A DNA stretch of 64,000 nucleotides. Origin: an uncultured delta proteobacterium (GTDB lineage Bacteria > Desulfobacterota > RBG-13-43-22). A model generated the notes under the pieces. The model did not search any database. It saw only the letters and a program-made list of their open reading frames with translations, and had not been told where the DNA came from. Made by a program: the position numbers and the translations under genes. Shown here piece after piece: positions 20,211 through 30,244 of this stretch (the first letter of the stretch is position 1; each line of letters opens with the position of its first letter). The stretch is taken from NCBI GenBank assembly GCA_963790475.1, contig CAWBOS010000013.1, positions 352,001 to 416,000 of the forward strand, given 5' to 3'.

Positions 20211-21203
20211 ATGATTGCAGAGAACTTCTATGCCGGAAAACGAATATTAATCACCGGGGGACTGGGATTTATCGGGAGTACGCTGGCTATCCGTTTACTG
20301 GATTTAGGGGCCCAGGTGACTCTTGTGGATGGTTTGATACCGGATTTGGGGGCCAATTATTTTAATATCGAATCGATCAATGATCGGGTCGAGGTGGTGG
20401 AAGCCGAGTTGGGGGATCGTTTGGCAGTCGATCCTCTGGTAAAAGGAAAAGACCTGATCTTTAATATCGGCATGCATTCCTGCCATCTGAAATCCATGAC
20501 CGATCCCCTCTTTGACCTGCAGACCAATGTCCTTCAACAGGTTCATTTCTTAGAGTCCTTGCGGTTTAATAATCCACAGGCCCGGGTTATCTATATCGGC
20601 ACCCGGGCGCAATTCGGCCAGGCCCTGACTATTCCCATCACCGAAGATACGCCTCCCAATCCCAAAGATATCTATGCCGCCAGCAAACAGGTTGTGGAAT
20701 GGTATCACCTTCTTTATCAAAAGATTTGTGGCCTCCGAGTGACCTCTTTGCGCCTGGGAAACACCTATGGCCCCCGGCATCAGATGCGCCATGCCCAATA
20801 CGGGGTCCAAAATTTTCTGATCCGTCTGGCCCTGGAGGACCAGGAAATCAAAATCTTTGGTGACGGCAGTCAAAAAAGGGAGATGATTTATATTGACGAT
20901 ATCGTTTCCTGTCTGCTCCTGCTGGGAGAAAAACCGCAATGTGTGGATCAGGTTTATTGCGTGGGGAGTGCCGAGTCCGTCACCTTCCGGCAGTTGGTCG
21001 AGGCGATCATCCGGGCTTGCGGATCCGGGCGTTTTGCCCATACCCCCTGGCCGGAGGACCGAAAGAGCATTGAAGTGGGAGATGTAGTTACCGATTTTTC
21101 CAAACTAACCGCTCATACCGGCTGGAGGCCGACCACCCTGCTGTCGGAGGGACTTTCGAAGACGGCGGATTTTTATCGTAAGTACCGGCTACATTATTGG
21201 TAA
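20211..21203 (+). CDS. NAD-dependent epimerase/dehydratase (extended SDR)
   Basis: ITGGLGFIGS, YAASK (YxxxK), NTYGP, FGDGSQKR. Confidence 0.93.
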   Translation: MIAENFYAGKRILITGGLGFIGSTLAIRLLDLGAQVTLVDGLIPDLGANYFNIESINDRVEVVEAELGDRLAVDPLVKGKDLIFNIGMHSCHLKSMTDPLFDLQTNVLQQVHFLESLRFNNPQARVIYIGTRAQFGQALTIPITEDTPPNPKDIYAASKQVVEWYHLLYQKICGLRVTSLRLGNTYGPRHQMRHAQYGVQNFLIRLALEDQEIKIFGDGSQKREMIYIDDIVSCLLLLGEKPQCVDQVYCVGSAESVTFRQLVEAIIRACGSGRFAHTPWPEDRKSIEVGDVVTDFSKLTAHTGWRPTTLLSEGLSKTADFYRKYRLHYW

Positions 21204-21335
21204 CTCGCTTTTTATTTCTCGTACGGGATTGTTAACCGTCTCTCTCTTTTCGTCCGGAAAGGGGAGCAATAATCGTAACCGTCGGGGTAAATCCTGTCAG
21301 ACTGATTTTTGACTTATTCGAGTCGGAGGGTGGAA

Positions 21336-22154
21336 ATGTTCCATTATTGGACAGCGGTAATATTGGGTCTGGTAGAAGGGCTGACTGAATTTCTTCCTGT
21401 TTCCTCAACCGGTCATTTGATTCTGGCCGGTCATCTCCTCTCCTTTAAGGGAAGAATAGCCGACACCTTTGATATCGTCATTCAACTCGGGGCCATACTG
21501 GCCGTTGTCATTCTCTATCGTCAGAGATTCCTCGGCCTCTTGCCCAAAAAAGGGTGGATGAATTGGTCCTCAAAAAGCGCCGGTTTCAGCGGGTTTCAGG
21601 GTTGTCTTTTGTTGGGGTTGACCACCCTTCCGGCCCTCATTTTGGGAAAATTCGCCTACGCTTATATCAAGGGCTATCTTTTTAATCCCACCAGTGTCGC
21701 CATAGCCCTGGCGGTGGGGGCCTTTGGCATCCTGGCCGTTGAAAGTTGGCGGCCTAAAACAAAAGCCGATTCCTTGGATGCTATCCGTTGGCCTCAAGCC
21801 CTTTTTATCGGGCTCTTTCAGTGCCTTTCCATGTGGCCGGGAATATCCAGGGCCGGGGCGACCATTATCGGCGGGCTTCTTAATGGATTGGATCGGAAAA
21901 CCGCCGCCGAATATTCCTTTCTGGCCGCCGTTCCGGTCATGATGGCTGCCACAGGATATGATTTGTATAAAACGAGGGGACAATTCCAGGAGGGAGATAT
22001 TCTTTTTTTAGGAATCGGTTTCGTAGTCTCTTTTATCGTGGCCTATTTCACCGTCGCTGTTTTTATTCGACTCCTGGGCCGCTGGACCTTAAAACCTTTT
22101 GCCTGGTATCGTATCGCCCTGGCCCCGGTGGTTCTCCTGTTCTGGCCTGATTAA
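21336..22154 (+). CDS. uppP: Undecaprenyl-diphosphate phosphatase
   Basis: GLVEGLTEFLPVSSTGH, IQLGAILAV, PGISRAGATI, AEYSFL. Confidence 0.97.
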   Translation: MFHYWTAVILGLVEGLTEFLPVSSTGHLILAGHLLSFKGRIADTFDIVIQLGAILAVVILYRQRFLGLLPKKGWMNWSSKSAGFSGFQGCLLLGLTTLPALILGKFAYAYIKGYLFNPTSVAIALAVGAFGILAVESWRPKTKADSLDAIRWPQALFIGLFQCLSMWPGISRAGATIIGGLLNGLDRKTAAEYSFLAAVPVMMAATGYDLYKTRGQFQEGDILFLGIGFVVSFIVAYFTVAVFIRLLGRWTLKPFAWYRIALAPVVLLFWPD

Positions 22155-23431
22155 AGAACCACTTGACAAGCCTCAGCATCGGAGTCCTTCAGCCTGGCCG
22201 ACATTTCTTTTAAGATGGTGAGGACAATGCTGGGATTTTCCCGAAGCAGTATTTCAAAATTATCCTGGGAGATGCAAACCAGCCGGGTATCCGGTTCAAC
22301 GACTGTTATCGTAACCGTCCGAGGGACATCCAGGAGCATGGCTATCTCTCCAAAATAGTCGCCCTCTGTTATAACCCTTAGCACTTTCCCCTCTTTGTGA
22401 ATGGCCGCGGCCCCGGAGAGGATGTAATACATTTCCTGCCCGATCTCGCCTTCTTTAAAAACAACTTCCCCGTTTTCAAAGACCTTAACAAACTTATTGG
22501 GAATTTTCCGGCCTGCCTTTTGGTTAAAGAAGAGGCCTCTAAAAACAAGGGCCTCCTTTCGTTTCATATTGGCCATAATCTCGGCCCCCGCCAACATCAC
22601 GGCAAAAGAATAATAGACCCAGATCACCAATAAAAAAACCATTTTCAAAGATCCAAAGGCAAACCCGTAATTGGGGTTGACCTGGAGGACCAGGGAAAAG
22701 GCGGGCCGGATCAGGGACCAAAGAGCGACGGTTGTTAATGAACCGATCAGGAGCTGAGACCATTTTACTTTTACCGGGACAAAAAAAATGAAAAAAAGGA
22801 AGAGAGAGATTAAGGCAATAAAAAAGGGGGCCAGGAGATAGCTGATATCCAGAAACGTTGGTAAATCGATCAATAAAGTGTCGACATAGAGCGAATAAAG
22901 GAATTCGCCTGATACCAAAAGAATAAACATGACCAAAATGATCAGGACCCCCAGGCCGTCCCATAATTTGGCTTTAAAATAAGAAAATTCCCGTTCAAAT
23001 CTGAAAATTTTGGAAAATGCGGTTCTACAGGCCCTGGCAAAGGGGGTAATCAATCCGATAAGGGTCAGGAGGGTAAAGACTTCCCATAAGGCCCTGTGCC
23101 TGGCTATCGTCGCTACCTCTTTGATAATGACCTTATTGATTTCCGGAAATTGCCTTGGGAAAAGTCGTTCAATTTCCTCCAGGGCCTTTTGAGAAGAAAC
23201 CAGGTAACTCGCCAGGGGATAGATGGTCAGCAAAAGCAAAGGGATCAGGGCAAAAAAACTGTAAAATGACAGGGTGGCCGCCATTTCAAAATTATTGTTT
23301 TTTTGAAAAGAGTTAACTGTCTCCTTTAAAACCAAAACAAAATTATTGAATTTTTCTCGGGCGACGGAAAACATATTGAGATTCTTCACCATCCCGTTTA
23401 AGGAATAGGGAGCGGATTCATTCCTGAGCAA
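22151..23431 (-). CDS. YihY/BrkB family inner membrane protein fused to cyclic nucleotide-binding domain
   Basis: AATLSFYSFFALIP, YGFAFGSL, GAEI; C-terminal FKEGEIG, GDYFGEIAML, PRTVT; exact start uncertain. Confidence 0.85.
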   Translation of the reverse strand: MLRNESAPYSLNGMVKNLNMFSVAREKFNNFVLVLKETVNSFQKNNNFEMAATLSFYSFFALIPLLLLTIYPLASYLVSSQKALEEIERLFPRQFPEINKVIIKEVATIARHRALWEVFTLLTLIGLITPFARACRTAFSKIFRFEREFSYFKAKLWDGLGVLIILVMFILLVSGEFLYSLYVDTLLIDLPTFLDISYLLAPFFIALISLFLFFIFFVPVKVKWSQLLIGSLTTVALWSLIRPAFSLVLQVNPNYGFAFGSLKMVFLLVIWVYYSFAVMLAGAEIMANMKRKEALVFRGLFFNQKAGRKIPNKFVKVFENGEVVFKEGEIGQEMYYILSGAAAIHKEGKVLRVITEGDYFGEIAMLLDVPRTVTITVVEPDTRLVCISQDNFEILLRENPSIVLTILKEMSARLKDSDAEACQVVL

Positions 23432-23472
23432 TCTCTTCCGGCATCTTCTTGGTCAATCCAAAATCATAATTC

Positions 23473-24948
23473 CTATTTCCGATAAAGAGCAAACCGGTCA
23501 TATTCCAGCTTGAGCCAATCAGGCCAGAATTCCCGATCAATGGGATAACTGGCATCCAGGGCTTGAAAGGATCCGTCGCCGGCCACTTTTCGGATGCGCT
23601 CCTGGGTATTATATTTCACTTCATCCACCCCGATTAGTTTGGCCACAGCCCGGTTGATCTCTTCCAGCGTTTTGTCGTAAGGATTATCGCCTCGAAAGGC
23701 CCTCTGCACGGCCAGCTCGTTCAAACATTCCGGTCCGCGATGCCATTCCTTGAAAGAAGGAAAAAACATCGGGCCGTAAGAAACCCAGAATTCGATCGTT
23801 TTGGCCCCGGCATTATAAGTGACCCAGACCGACCCGCCTTCACTGACGCTGCCTCTTACGATACTGTCATCCCCCATGGCCACATTTTTGTTGCGTAGCA
23901 GAGATTCGACCCCCCCAAACTTAAGTCCTACCTCTTTGGTGCGGGTCAGGATCTCCCCTTCCTGGAAGGTCCGGACCGCCTGAGGAAGTTTGATCAGGGC
24001 CGGAAAAAGGTTTATTTTCAGACCTTCGGCAATTCCCACGGAAACCCCCCATCCCGATTCCGGATTGGGAATGACTACATCCGCCAGCGAGTTTTTGTAG
24101 CGGTCCACCAATTCCAAACCCAGTTCCCGGCGAAGTTGAAATATTTCTTTTCCCCTGAATTGCGACCCCACACTGCCGAAATAGACCCCCTGAAAAATAT
24201 CCGGCATCAGGGGTTCCTCCCGTAATCGTTTGGTTTCGCATCCCTTGGAAGAACAAAGGGTCATTTCCGCGCCGTCGTATTCTTTTTCGGTGATCCCTTC
24301 CAGCCGTCGGTGGGAACAGGATTCCGAACTGGTCGCAAAAGTGCTCCCGATACTGGCATAGCAAAAAGGCTCGAAGGCCTTGGCATCATTTAAGGCGACC
24401 AGATGGGTTTCCTTTCCGTCATGGACCAGGGCGGTCAGGGCGAAGGTAGCCCGGCCGAACAATTTATCAATCAGCCTTCGTCCGGCTTCAAAGGTAATCC
24501 CGCTTTGGGTAAGGTATTTATGCAGAAAGGCCCCCACAATTTCAGTCTTGTTGTCGGTTTGAAGGACATAATCGTTTTCCAGTTCGGCCTTCAAGTCATC
24601 GTCTTTAATCAGGTATCCATCCATGGTCAGAACGACCGTAAGCCCGGCTTCTTGACGGGGAAAGATTTCTATCGGTTCGGCATTTGTTTTCTCAGCCATT
24701 TTTCTTTTGGTATACCCGATATTGCCGATGGCCGCCATCGGTTCCAAATCTTGAAAGTTCCTGATCACGTTATAATCGATCACCTCGGCGATTCGGCCCA
24801 GGCCTTTATGGATGTAAATCCCTTTTTTAGTCCCTACCGCCAGGCCGGTACTGGCCTTGCCCCGGTGCTGGCAGGCCCCGGTAGCCAAAAAGGTTTTATT
24901 GACCAACTCCGGATCGCCCGGTCCGTAAATACCGACAATACCGTCCAA
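23473..24948 (-). CDS. Amidophosphoribosyltransferase (PurF)-like protein lacking glutaminase catalytic residues
   Basis: MDGIVG, QHRG, IPNPESG, GDDSIVRGS PRPP loop; aggagg RBS + TTG start. Confidence 0.82.
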   Translation of the reverse strand: MDGIVGIYGPGDPELVNKTFLATGACQHRGKASTGLAVGTKKGIYIHKGLGRIAEVIDYNVIRNFQDLEPMAAIGNIGYTKRKMAEKTNAEPIEIFPRQEAGLTVVLTMDGYLIKDDDLKAELENDYVLQTDNKTEIVGAFLHKYLTQSGITFEAGRRLIDKLFGRATFALTALVHDGKETHLVALNDAKAFEPFCYASIGSTFATSSESCSHRRLEGITEKEYDGAEMTLCSSKGCETKRLREEPLMPDIFQGVYFGSVGSQFRGKEIFQLRRELGLELVDRYKNSLADVVIPNPESGWGVSVGIAEGLKINLFPALIKLPQAVRTFQEGEILTRTKEVGLKFGGVESLLRNKNVAMGDDSIVRGSVSEGGSVWVTYNAGAKTIEFWVSYGPMFFPSFKEWHRGPECLNELAVQRAFRGDNPYDKTLEEINRAVAKLIGVDEVKYNTQERIRKVAGDGSFQALDASYPIDREFWPDWLKLEYDRFALYRK

Positions 24949-25096
24949 TGTAATCCTCCTTTGTCAAAATCACTTCAAGATTCGGATGAGAATATATTGA
25001 TAACCTTCGATCAGGACGACTTCTAAGCCGCCCGGTAATTGATCATTGACGGTTAAATAACCGAAGTAAACAATTCCCCAAGATTTCTTCAGGTCC

Positions 25097-26257
25097 TCAA
25101 AACGGCGGGTGAACGGTCATAAAAGTCAATACCTCCATGCCGTTGCTTTCTGCTTTAGTTTTTCCTCCGTTGATCACCCGAATCATCAAATCCATCATCT
25201 CGGCCTGTAATTGATCTAAAGGCCGGCCTTCCACCAGGCTCCCGGCGTTGATATCCATATCCTCTTTCATGGCCTCGTAGATCCTGGTATTACTGGCCAC
25301 CTTGATCACCGGCAGGGCCGGAAATCCGACCGGGGTCCCCCGACCGGTGGAAAAAAACATCAGTTGGGCACCGCTGGCCGCCAGGCCGGCCATGGAATCT
25401 CCGTCATACCCTGGGCCATCCTGCAGGATGAGCCCGTGTTCGGTAGGAATCTCACCGTAATCCACAACCTGGTTGATGGTGGTAGTGCCGCCTTTAACAA
25501 TACAGCCCATGGATTTTTCGGCGATGGTGCTCATCCCTCCGTCCATATTGCCCGGAGAGATAACCAAACCGGCCAGATCTCCCATGACTTCATGGGTTAT
25601 TCTTTCAGCCCGGCCAACCATTTCTTCGATCTGTTTGGCTACCCGAGCGTCCTTAGCCCTCCTGGCCAGGACGTGAGCGGTCCCGATCATCTCAGTATTT
25701 TCTCCGAAAATCACCGTGGCCCCCTTGGCCACCAGCCGGTCCGCGACCGCGCCCAGGGCCACATTGGCCGTCACGCCGGACATGGCATCCGAACCGCCGC
25801 ATTCCATGGCCACCAGCAGTTGATCCCAGGGCAAAGCAACCCTCGGTTGACCGTTGATCTCCGATAATATCCGGCGGACGGCATCAGCCCCTTTCCTGGC
25901 GGTGGAGAGAGAGCCTCCATCCTCCTGCACGTTAAATACGGCGAAGGGTTTCCCGGTTTCATTAATCAGGGGAAGCAGACTCTTGGTATTGGAAACCTCA
26001 CAGCCCAACCCGATCAAAACCACCCCGCCCACATTGGGATGCCGCATAAGGCCGGCAAGGATCCGGAATAAAATTTCCATATCCCTCCGTCCTCCCCGGC
26101 CGCATCCATGGGAGTGGGTGGCACAGACGGCCTCCGGCACTTCCCGGGCAATTCGGTTGACCACCCCGTTGACGCAGGAAACGGCAGGCAAAACCAGTAC
26201 ATGATTTCGGATGCCGAATCTTCCGTCTTTTCTTTCGTATCCTGTGATTTCCATCAT
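25097..26257 (-). CDS. UxaA/SuyB family dehydratase/lyase large subunit
   Basis: GYERKDGRFGIRNHV, HSHGCG, HPNVGG, GLGCE, ECGGSD, FSTGRG. Confidence 0.92.
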   Translation of the reverse strand: MMEITGYERKDGRFGIRNHVLVLPAVSCVNGVVNRIAREVPEAVCATHSHGCGRGGRRDMEILFRILAGLMRHPNVGGVVLIGLGCEVSNTKSLLPLINETGKPFAVFNVQEDGGSLSTARKGADAVRRILSEINGQPRVALPWDQLLVAMECGGSDAMSGVTANVALGAVADRLVAKGATVIFGENTEMIGTAHVLARRAKDARVAKQIEEMVGRAERITHEVMGDLAGLVISPGNMDGGMSTIAEKSMGCIVKGGTTTINQVVDYGEIPTEHGLILQDGPGYDGDSMAGLAASGAQLMFFSTGRGTPVGFPALPVIKVASNTRIYEAMKEDMDINAGSLVEGRPLDQLQAEMMDLMIRVINGGKTKAESNGMEVLTFMTVHPPF

Positions 26258-26526
26258 CGCTTCCACCGCTTGCTTTCCAGATTATGGGTATGAACCCATT
26301 CTCCCTTTTTGATATTGCGGATGCTGACCGCCACCGTTTCTCCGTACTTGATGATTTCCTCTTCTTCAGAAATATCGCGGAGGGCGATTTTGTGACTGAC
26401 CGGTATCCCTTCCAAAGCGGTGAATCGATCTATCCCTCGGGCCGCCACCTGCTCTCCGGCCCCTATCCTCCTCAAGGCCACAGCCACATTATCCCGGGGA
26501 TGAATAATGAGAATATTTTCCTCCAT
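26254..26526 (-). CDS. UxaA/SuyA family SAF-domain small subunit
   Basis: IHPRDNVAVAL, HKIAL, IIKYG, GEWVHTHN. Confidence 0.92.
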   Translation of the reverse strand: MEENILIIHPRDNVAVALRRIGAGEQVAARGIDRFTALEGIPVSHKIALRDISEEEEIIKYGETVAVSIRNIKKGEWVHTHNLESKRWKR

Positions 26527-26747
26527 CCTTTTCTCCTTTTTGGCGAAATGCCCCTTCGAATAATTTCATTGAATCCTAACATAGAACGATTAACCATACC
26601 AATTTTTTCTTTAAACTCGAGCCGATGAGCGGGGCATGATGTTTCTTAATAATACCTTGAGAAATTGAAGGATCATTTCGGGTATTCTTCTTGACAAATT
26701 ATAAGCTTATGTTATCCAATGGGCCGATTGCCAGGAAGGTATCGTTC

Positions 26748-27551
26748 ATGAATACAGGTAGAATTATAAAACCACCAGCTTATAAGACAGTCTTCGATAG
26801 GTATCAATCCGAATCCATACAAAACCTGCGGAAGGCATTTATTGAGATCATCACCCGTTTTGATGTCCCTTACGCGGAGAATATTTTAAAAACCAACGAT
26901 TGGCTCAATTATTGTTATTATTGCAGTCTGGTTCATTGCTTTAAGCCCGAGCCGTCGGCCTTGATCATCGATTGGGGCGGTCTCTACGGGCATATCACCA
27001 TGATACTCCAGACCATGGGGTATCGGAACGTATTTAATTACCTACTGCATCAGACACCTCATTATTCACTCTTTGAAGAAACGTTGGGGATTCCCACATT
27101 GTGGGGACAGGATCCGAACCGGCTTAACCTGGACAGCAATTCGGTGGATGTGTTCATTTCTTCCGGCGTTCTGGAGCATGTCCGTGAGGATGGAAAAGGA
27201 GAGGAGGAAACGATCCTACGGGAAATCCATCGAGTCTTAAAGACAGATGGTCTCTTTTTTATTTGGAACCTGCCCGCCAAACTGGGCACCTCCGAACTGT
27301 TGGCCATAACCACCGGCAAGTGGCATCACCAATATCGATATTGGAGAAAGGATATCATTCGACTTCTTCGAGAAGCAAAATTCGAACTCTTATATCTGGA
27401 CAAACATAAATTCTTCCCCGGTTCGGTTATGACCTTCCTCGAAAAAAGAATGGATCCCATCCGCTTGTTGAAGTGGGACAACCGTCTTTCCCACCTGCCT
27501 CCCTTTAATCTATTGGCCCGGGATTTCGTCCTGGTAGCACGGAAAACATAA
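26748..27551 (+). CDS. Class I SAM-dependent methyltransferase
   Basis: IIDWGGLYG, SVDVFISSGVLEHV, EIHRVLKTDG. Confidence 0.85.
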   Translation: MNTGRIIKPPAYKTVFDRYQSESIQNLRKAFIEIITRFDVPYAENILKTNDWLNYCYYCSLVHCFKPEPSALIIDWGGLYGHITMILQTMGYRNVFNYLLHQTPHYSLFEETLGIPTLWGQDPNRLNLDSNSVDVFISSGVLEHVREDGKGEEETILREIHRVLKTDGLFFIWNLPAKLGTSELLAITTGKWHHQYRYWRKDIIRLLREAKFELLYLDKHKFFPGSVMTFLEKRMDPIRLLKWDNRLSHLPPFNLLARDFVLVARKT

Positions 27552-27704
27552 GTTTTCAAAAATATCAGTGGATTTATAGTAGTCTTGATATGAAAATAAA
27601 GAGCTTCAACGAAATGGGACAGGGGGGGTCTGGCAGTAAGATTTTTAAATTCTTATATTGAGACCCTTAAAAGAAACAAATGGATAAAGAAGTCATTGGA
27701 GGAA

Positions 27705-28409
27705 CTAAAGCCCCAGGTACGTCTGACGGATATGATCATCCTGCAACAGCTCATGGGCCGGACCGTGCTTAATGATTTCCCCGTTTTCGAGAATGTAAGC
27801 CCTTTGCGCCATGTGCAGGGCATAATGGATGTTCTGTTCTATCAAAAGGATCGTAGTGCCTTCCTGATTGATTTGGGAAATGATACTGAAGATACTGCGG
27901 ACTAAAAGGGGAGACAGGCCCAGGGAGGGTTCGTCCAACATCAGGATCATGGGCCTGGACATCAATCCCCGACCGATGGCCAGCATTTGCTGTTCTCCGC
28001 CGGACAAGGTGCCGGCGCTCTGATTTTTCCTTTCCTCCAGCCGGGGGAAAAGCCCAAAAATTTTTTTCATGTTTTCTTTTCTATCTTTTCGGGCTTTGGG
28101 ATTCAAAGCCCCCAATTCCAAATTTTCCAAAACCGACATGGAAGGAAAGAGCTGCCGGCCTTCGGGGATCTGGATAATCCCGGCCTCGACGATAGCCGAG
28201 GTAGAAATGTTGCTGATGGGTCGGTTGAACCAGGTGATCAACCCTTTCCGGGCACGCAGCATGCCGGAAATGGTCTTGATGATCGTTGATTTTCCGGCCC
28301 CGTTGGAACCGATGATGGTGACGATTTCCCCTTCCTCCACTTTGAGGGAAACCCCCCGCAGGGCCTGAAGGTCTCCGTAAAAAACGTCCAGATTTTCTAC
28401 ATTAAGCAA
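27705..28409 (-). CDS. livF: Branched-chain amino acid-type ABC transporter ATPase (LivF-like)
   Basis: GSNGAGKS, PEGRQLF, LSGGEQQM, LDEPSLGL. Confidence 0.93.
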   Translation of the reverse strand: MLNVENLDVFYGDLQALRGVSLKVEEGEIVTIIGSNGAGKSTIIKTISGMLRARKGLITWFNRPISNISTSAIVEAGIIQIPEGRQLFPSMSVLENLELGALNPKARKDRKENMKKIFGLFPRLEERKNQSAGTLSGGEQQMLAIGRGLMSRPMILMLDEPSLGLSPLLVRSIFSIISQINQEGTTILLIEQNIHYALHMAQRAYILENGEIIKHGPAHELLQDDHIRQTYLGL

Positions 28410-29154
28410 CTTTAAAATCCTCTCCCAGGTAGGCCTCTATAACCTGAGGATTTTGGGTGACCTCTTCCGGCAGACCTTCGGCGATCATTTCCCCGAAGTT
28501 GAGGACCGCAATCCGGTGGGACAGGGCCATAACTCCGCGCATGACGTGCTCGATCAGCAGGATGGTCACGCCCTTCCGGTTGACCTCTCGAATCAGTCTG
28601 ATCAAGGCGTCGGTTTCTGTGGGATTGATGCCGGCCATGACCTCATCGAGCATCAAAAGCGTGGGGCCTGTGGCCAAAGCCCTGGCCAGTTCCAGGCGTT
28701 TCCGGTGAGGAAGGGTCAATTCGTTGGCCGATGCCGACCGCTTTTGATCCAGACCGACAAATTCAATGACCTCTTCGGCTTTTCTCTTCGCCTCGGTTAA
28801 AGAAGAGGAACGATTATAAGCGGCTACGATCACATTATCTATAACCGTCAACTCCAGGAAGGGCTTGACGATTTGAAAAGTCCGGACCATCCCCAGACTA
28901 CATATCTGGTGAGGTTTCAGGCCCAGAATCGATTTTCCCTGAAAATAGATCTGTCCGCTGTCCAGGCGGATAAAACCGGTCAGGACATTGAACAGGGTCG
29001 TCTTACCCGCCCCGTTTGGCCCGATGATAGCTACGATTTCCCCGGAATTGACCTGCATGGAAATAGTATGCAGGGCCCGAAGGCCTCCGAAATTTTTCCC
29101 CACTTTTTCTATGGATAACAGGTTCACCAAGGTTCCTTGCTTTAATAAGACCAC
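28402..29154 (-). CDS. livG: Branched-chain amino acid-type ABC transporter ATPase (LivG-like)
   Basis: GPNGAGKT, RTFQ, LDEVMAG, IEHVM, VIEAYLG. Confidence 0.93.
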   Translation of the reverse strand: MVLLKQGTLVNLLSIEKVGKNFGGLRALHTISMQVNSGEIVAIIGPNGAGKTTLFNVLTGFIRLDSGQIYFQGKSILGLKPHQICSLGMVRTFQIVKPFLELTVIDNVIVAAYNRSSSLTEAKRKAEEVIEFVGLDQKRSASANELTLPHRKRLELARALATGPTLLMLDEVMAGINPTETDALIRLIREVNRKGVTILLIEHVMRGVMALSHRIAVLNFGEMIAEGLPEEVTQNPQVIEAYLGEDFKVA

Positions 29155-29233
29155 TTCATACCGTTTTTGGGTTATTAGTGACTGGCCATGGGGAAACCAG
29201 TAATAGCGTAATCTCTTGCCTCTTGCCTCTTGC

Positions 29234-30244
29234 CTATCGCCCCTTGCCTGTTTTCACCCCTCGGTCTTTTTCCCCCGGTGATGAATTTCTAATAAATATC
29301 GGTCTAAATACACGGTTCAAATAAGGCATGACCCCCCTGGGGAAAAAAAAGACAGCAAAGATCAGAACAAAGCCATAAATGACCATATGCAGGCCCGGAC
29401 GTCCCACTTCGGAAAGGTAGGCTCTGGTCCATTCCGCCGGCAGGGTGATCAGGAAGGAGCCGACAATGGGTCCCAATACCGTGCCCATGCCTCCGATAAT
29501 AGGGCGCAGGATAATCTCAATGGACATCCCCATACTCATAAGCCGGTCCGGGCTCAAATGAAAAATCCGGTTGGCATCGAAGGTCCCGCCCAGGGCAGTC
29601 ATAAATGAACTCAAGCCAATGGCCCACATCTTGTATCTAAAGGTATTAACTCCCAGGCTTTCGGCGGCATCCTCATCTTCCCGAATGGCCATCAGATAGC
29701 GGCCGACTTTGGAAACTTCAAAGACCCGGACCACAACCACTGAAAACAGGAGCAAACCCAAGGCGATATAATAGTAGGGGAGATTCCCTTTGAATTGCAT
29801 GTTCCAAAAGCCCGGTCTAAAATCGAGAAACAGACCCATGAAGGAACCCAGACTGTCCATGTGTAAGGCTATCAACCGTCCGATCTCGGCAAAAGAGATG
29901 GTGATCAAGACAAAATACACCCCCCGCAAACCGAAACGAAATCCCAGAAAGCCGATGAACAGGCCCACGGCCATGGCCAGCAGGGCCCCGATGAACATAC
30001 CGGCCCAGGGGGACAAACCGAAAACAATGGCCAGTCGGGTGGAGGTATAGGCCCCGATCCCCACATACAGGGCGTGGCCGAGGGAGATATTGCCGGTATA
30101 GCCGGTCAGGATATTCCAGCATTGGCCCAGGTAGGCATAGTAAAAGATAAGAATAAAGATTTCCAGCCAGTAGTTATTGAGCACCTGGGGCAGGAAGAGC
30201 AGCACGGCCAGGATTATACTCAGAAAAACATACAGACGATTCAT
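29234..30244 (-). CDS. livM: ABC transporter permease (LivM-like)
   Basis: GYTGNISLGHA, AIREDEDAAESLGV, GGMGTVLGP. Confidence 0.92.
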   Translation of the reverse strand: MNRLYVFLSIILAVLLFLPQVLNNYWLEIFILIFYYAYLGQCWNILTGYTGNISLGHALYVGIGAYTSTRLAIVFGLSPWAGMFIGALLAMAVGLFIGFLGFRFGLRGVYFVLITISFAEIGRLIALHMDSLGSFMGLFLDFRPGFWNMQFKGNLPYYYIALGLLLFSVVVVRVFEVSKVGRYLMAIREDEDAAESLGVNTFRYKMWAIGLSSFMTALGGTFDANRIFHLSPDRLMSMGMSIEIILRPIIGGMGTVLGPIVGSFLITLPAEWTRAYLSEVGRPGLHMVIYGFVLIFAVFFFPRGVMPYLNRVFRPIFIRNSSPGEKDRGVKTGKGR

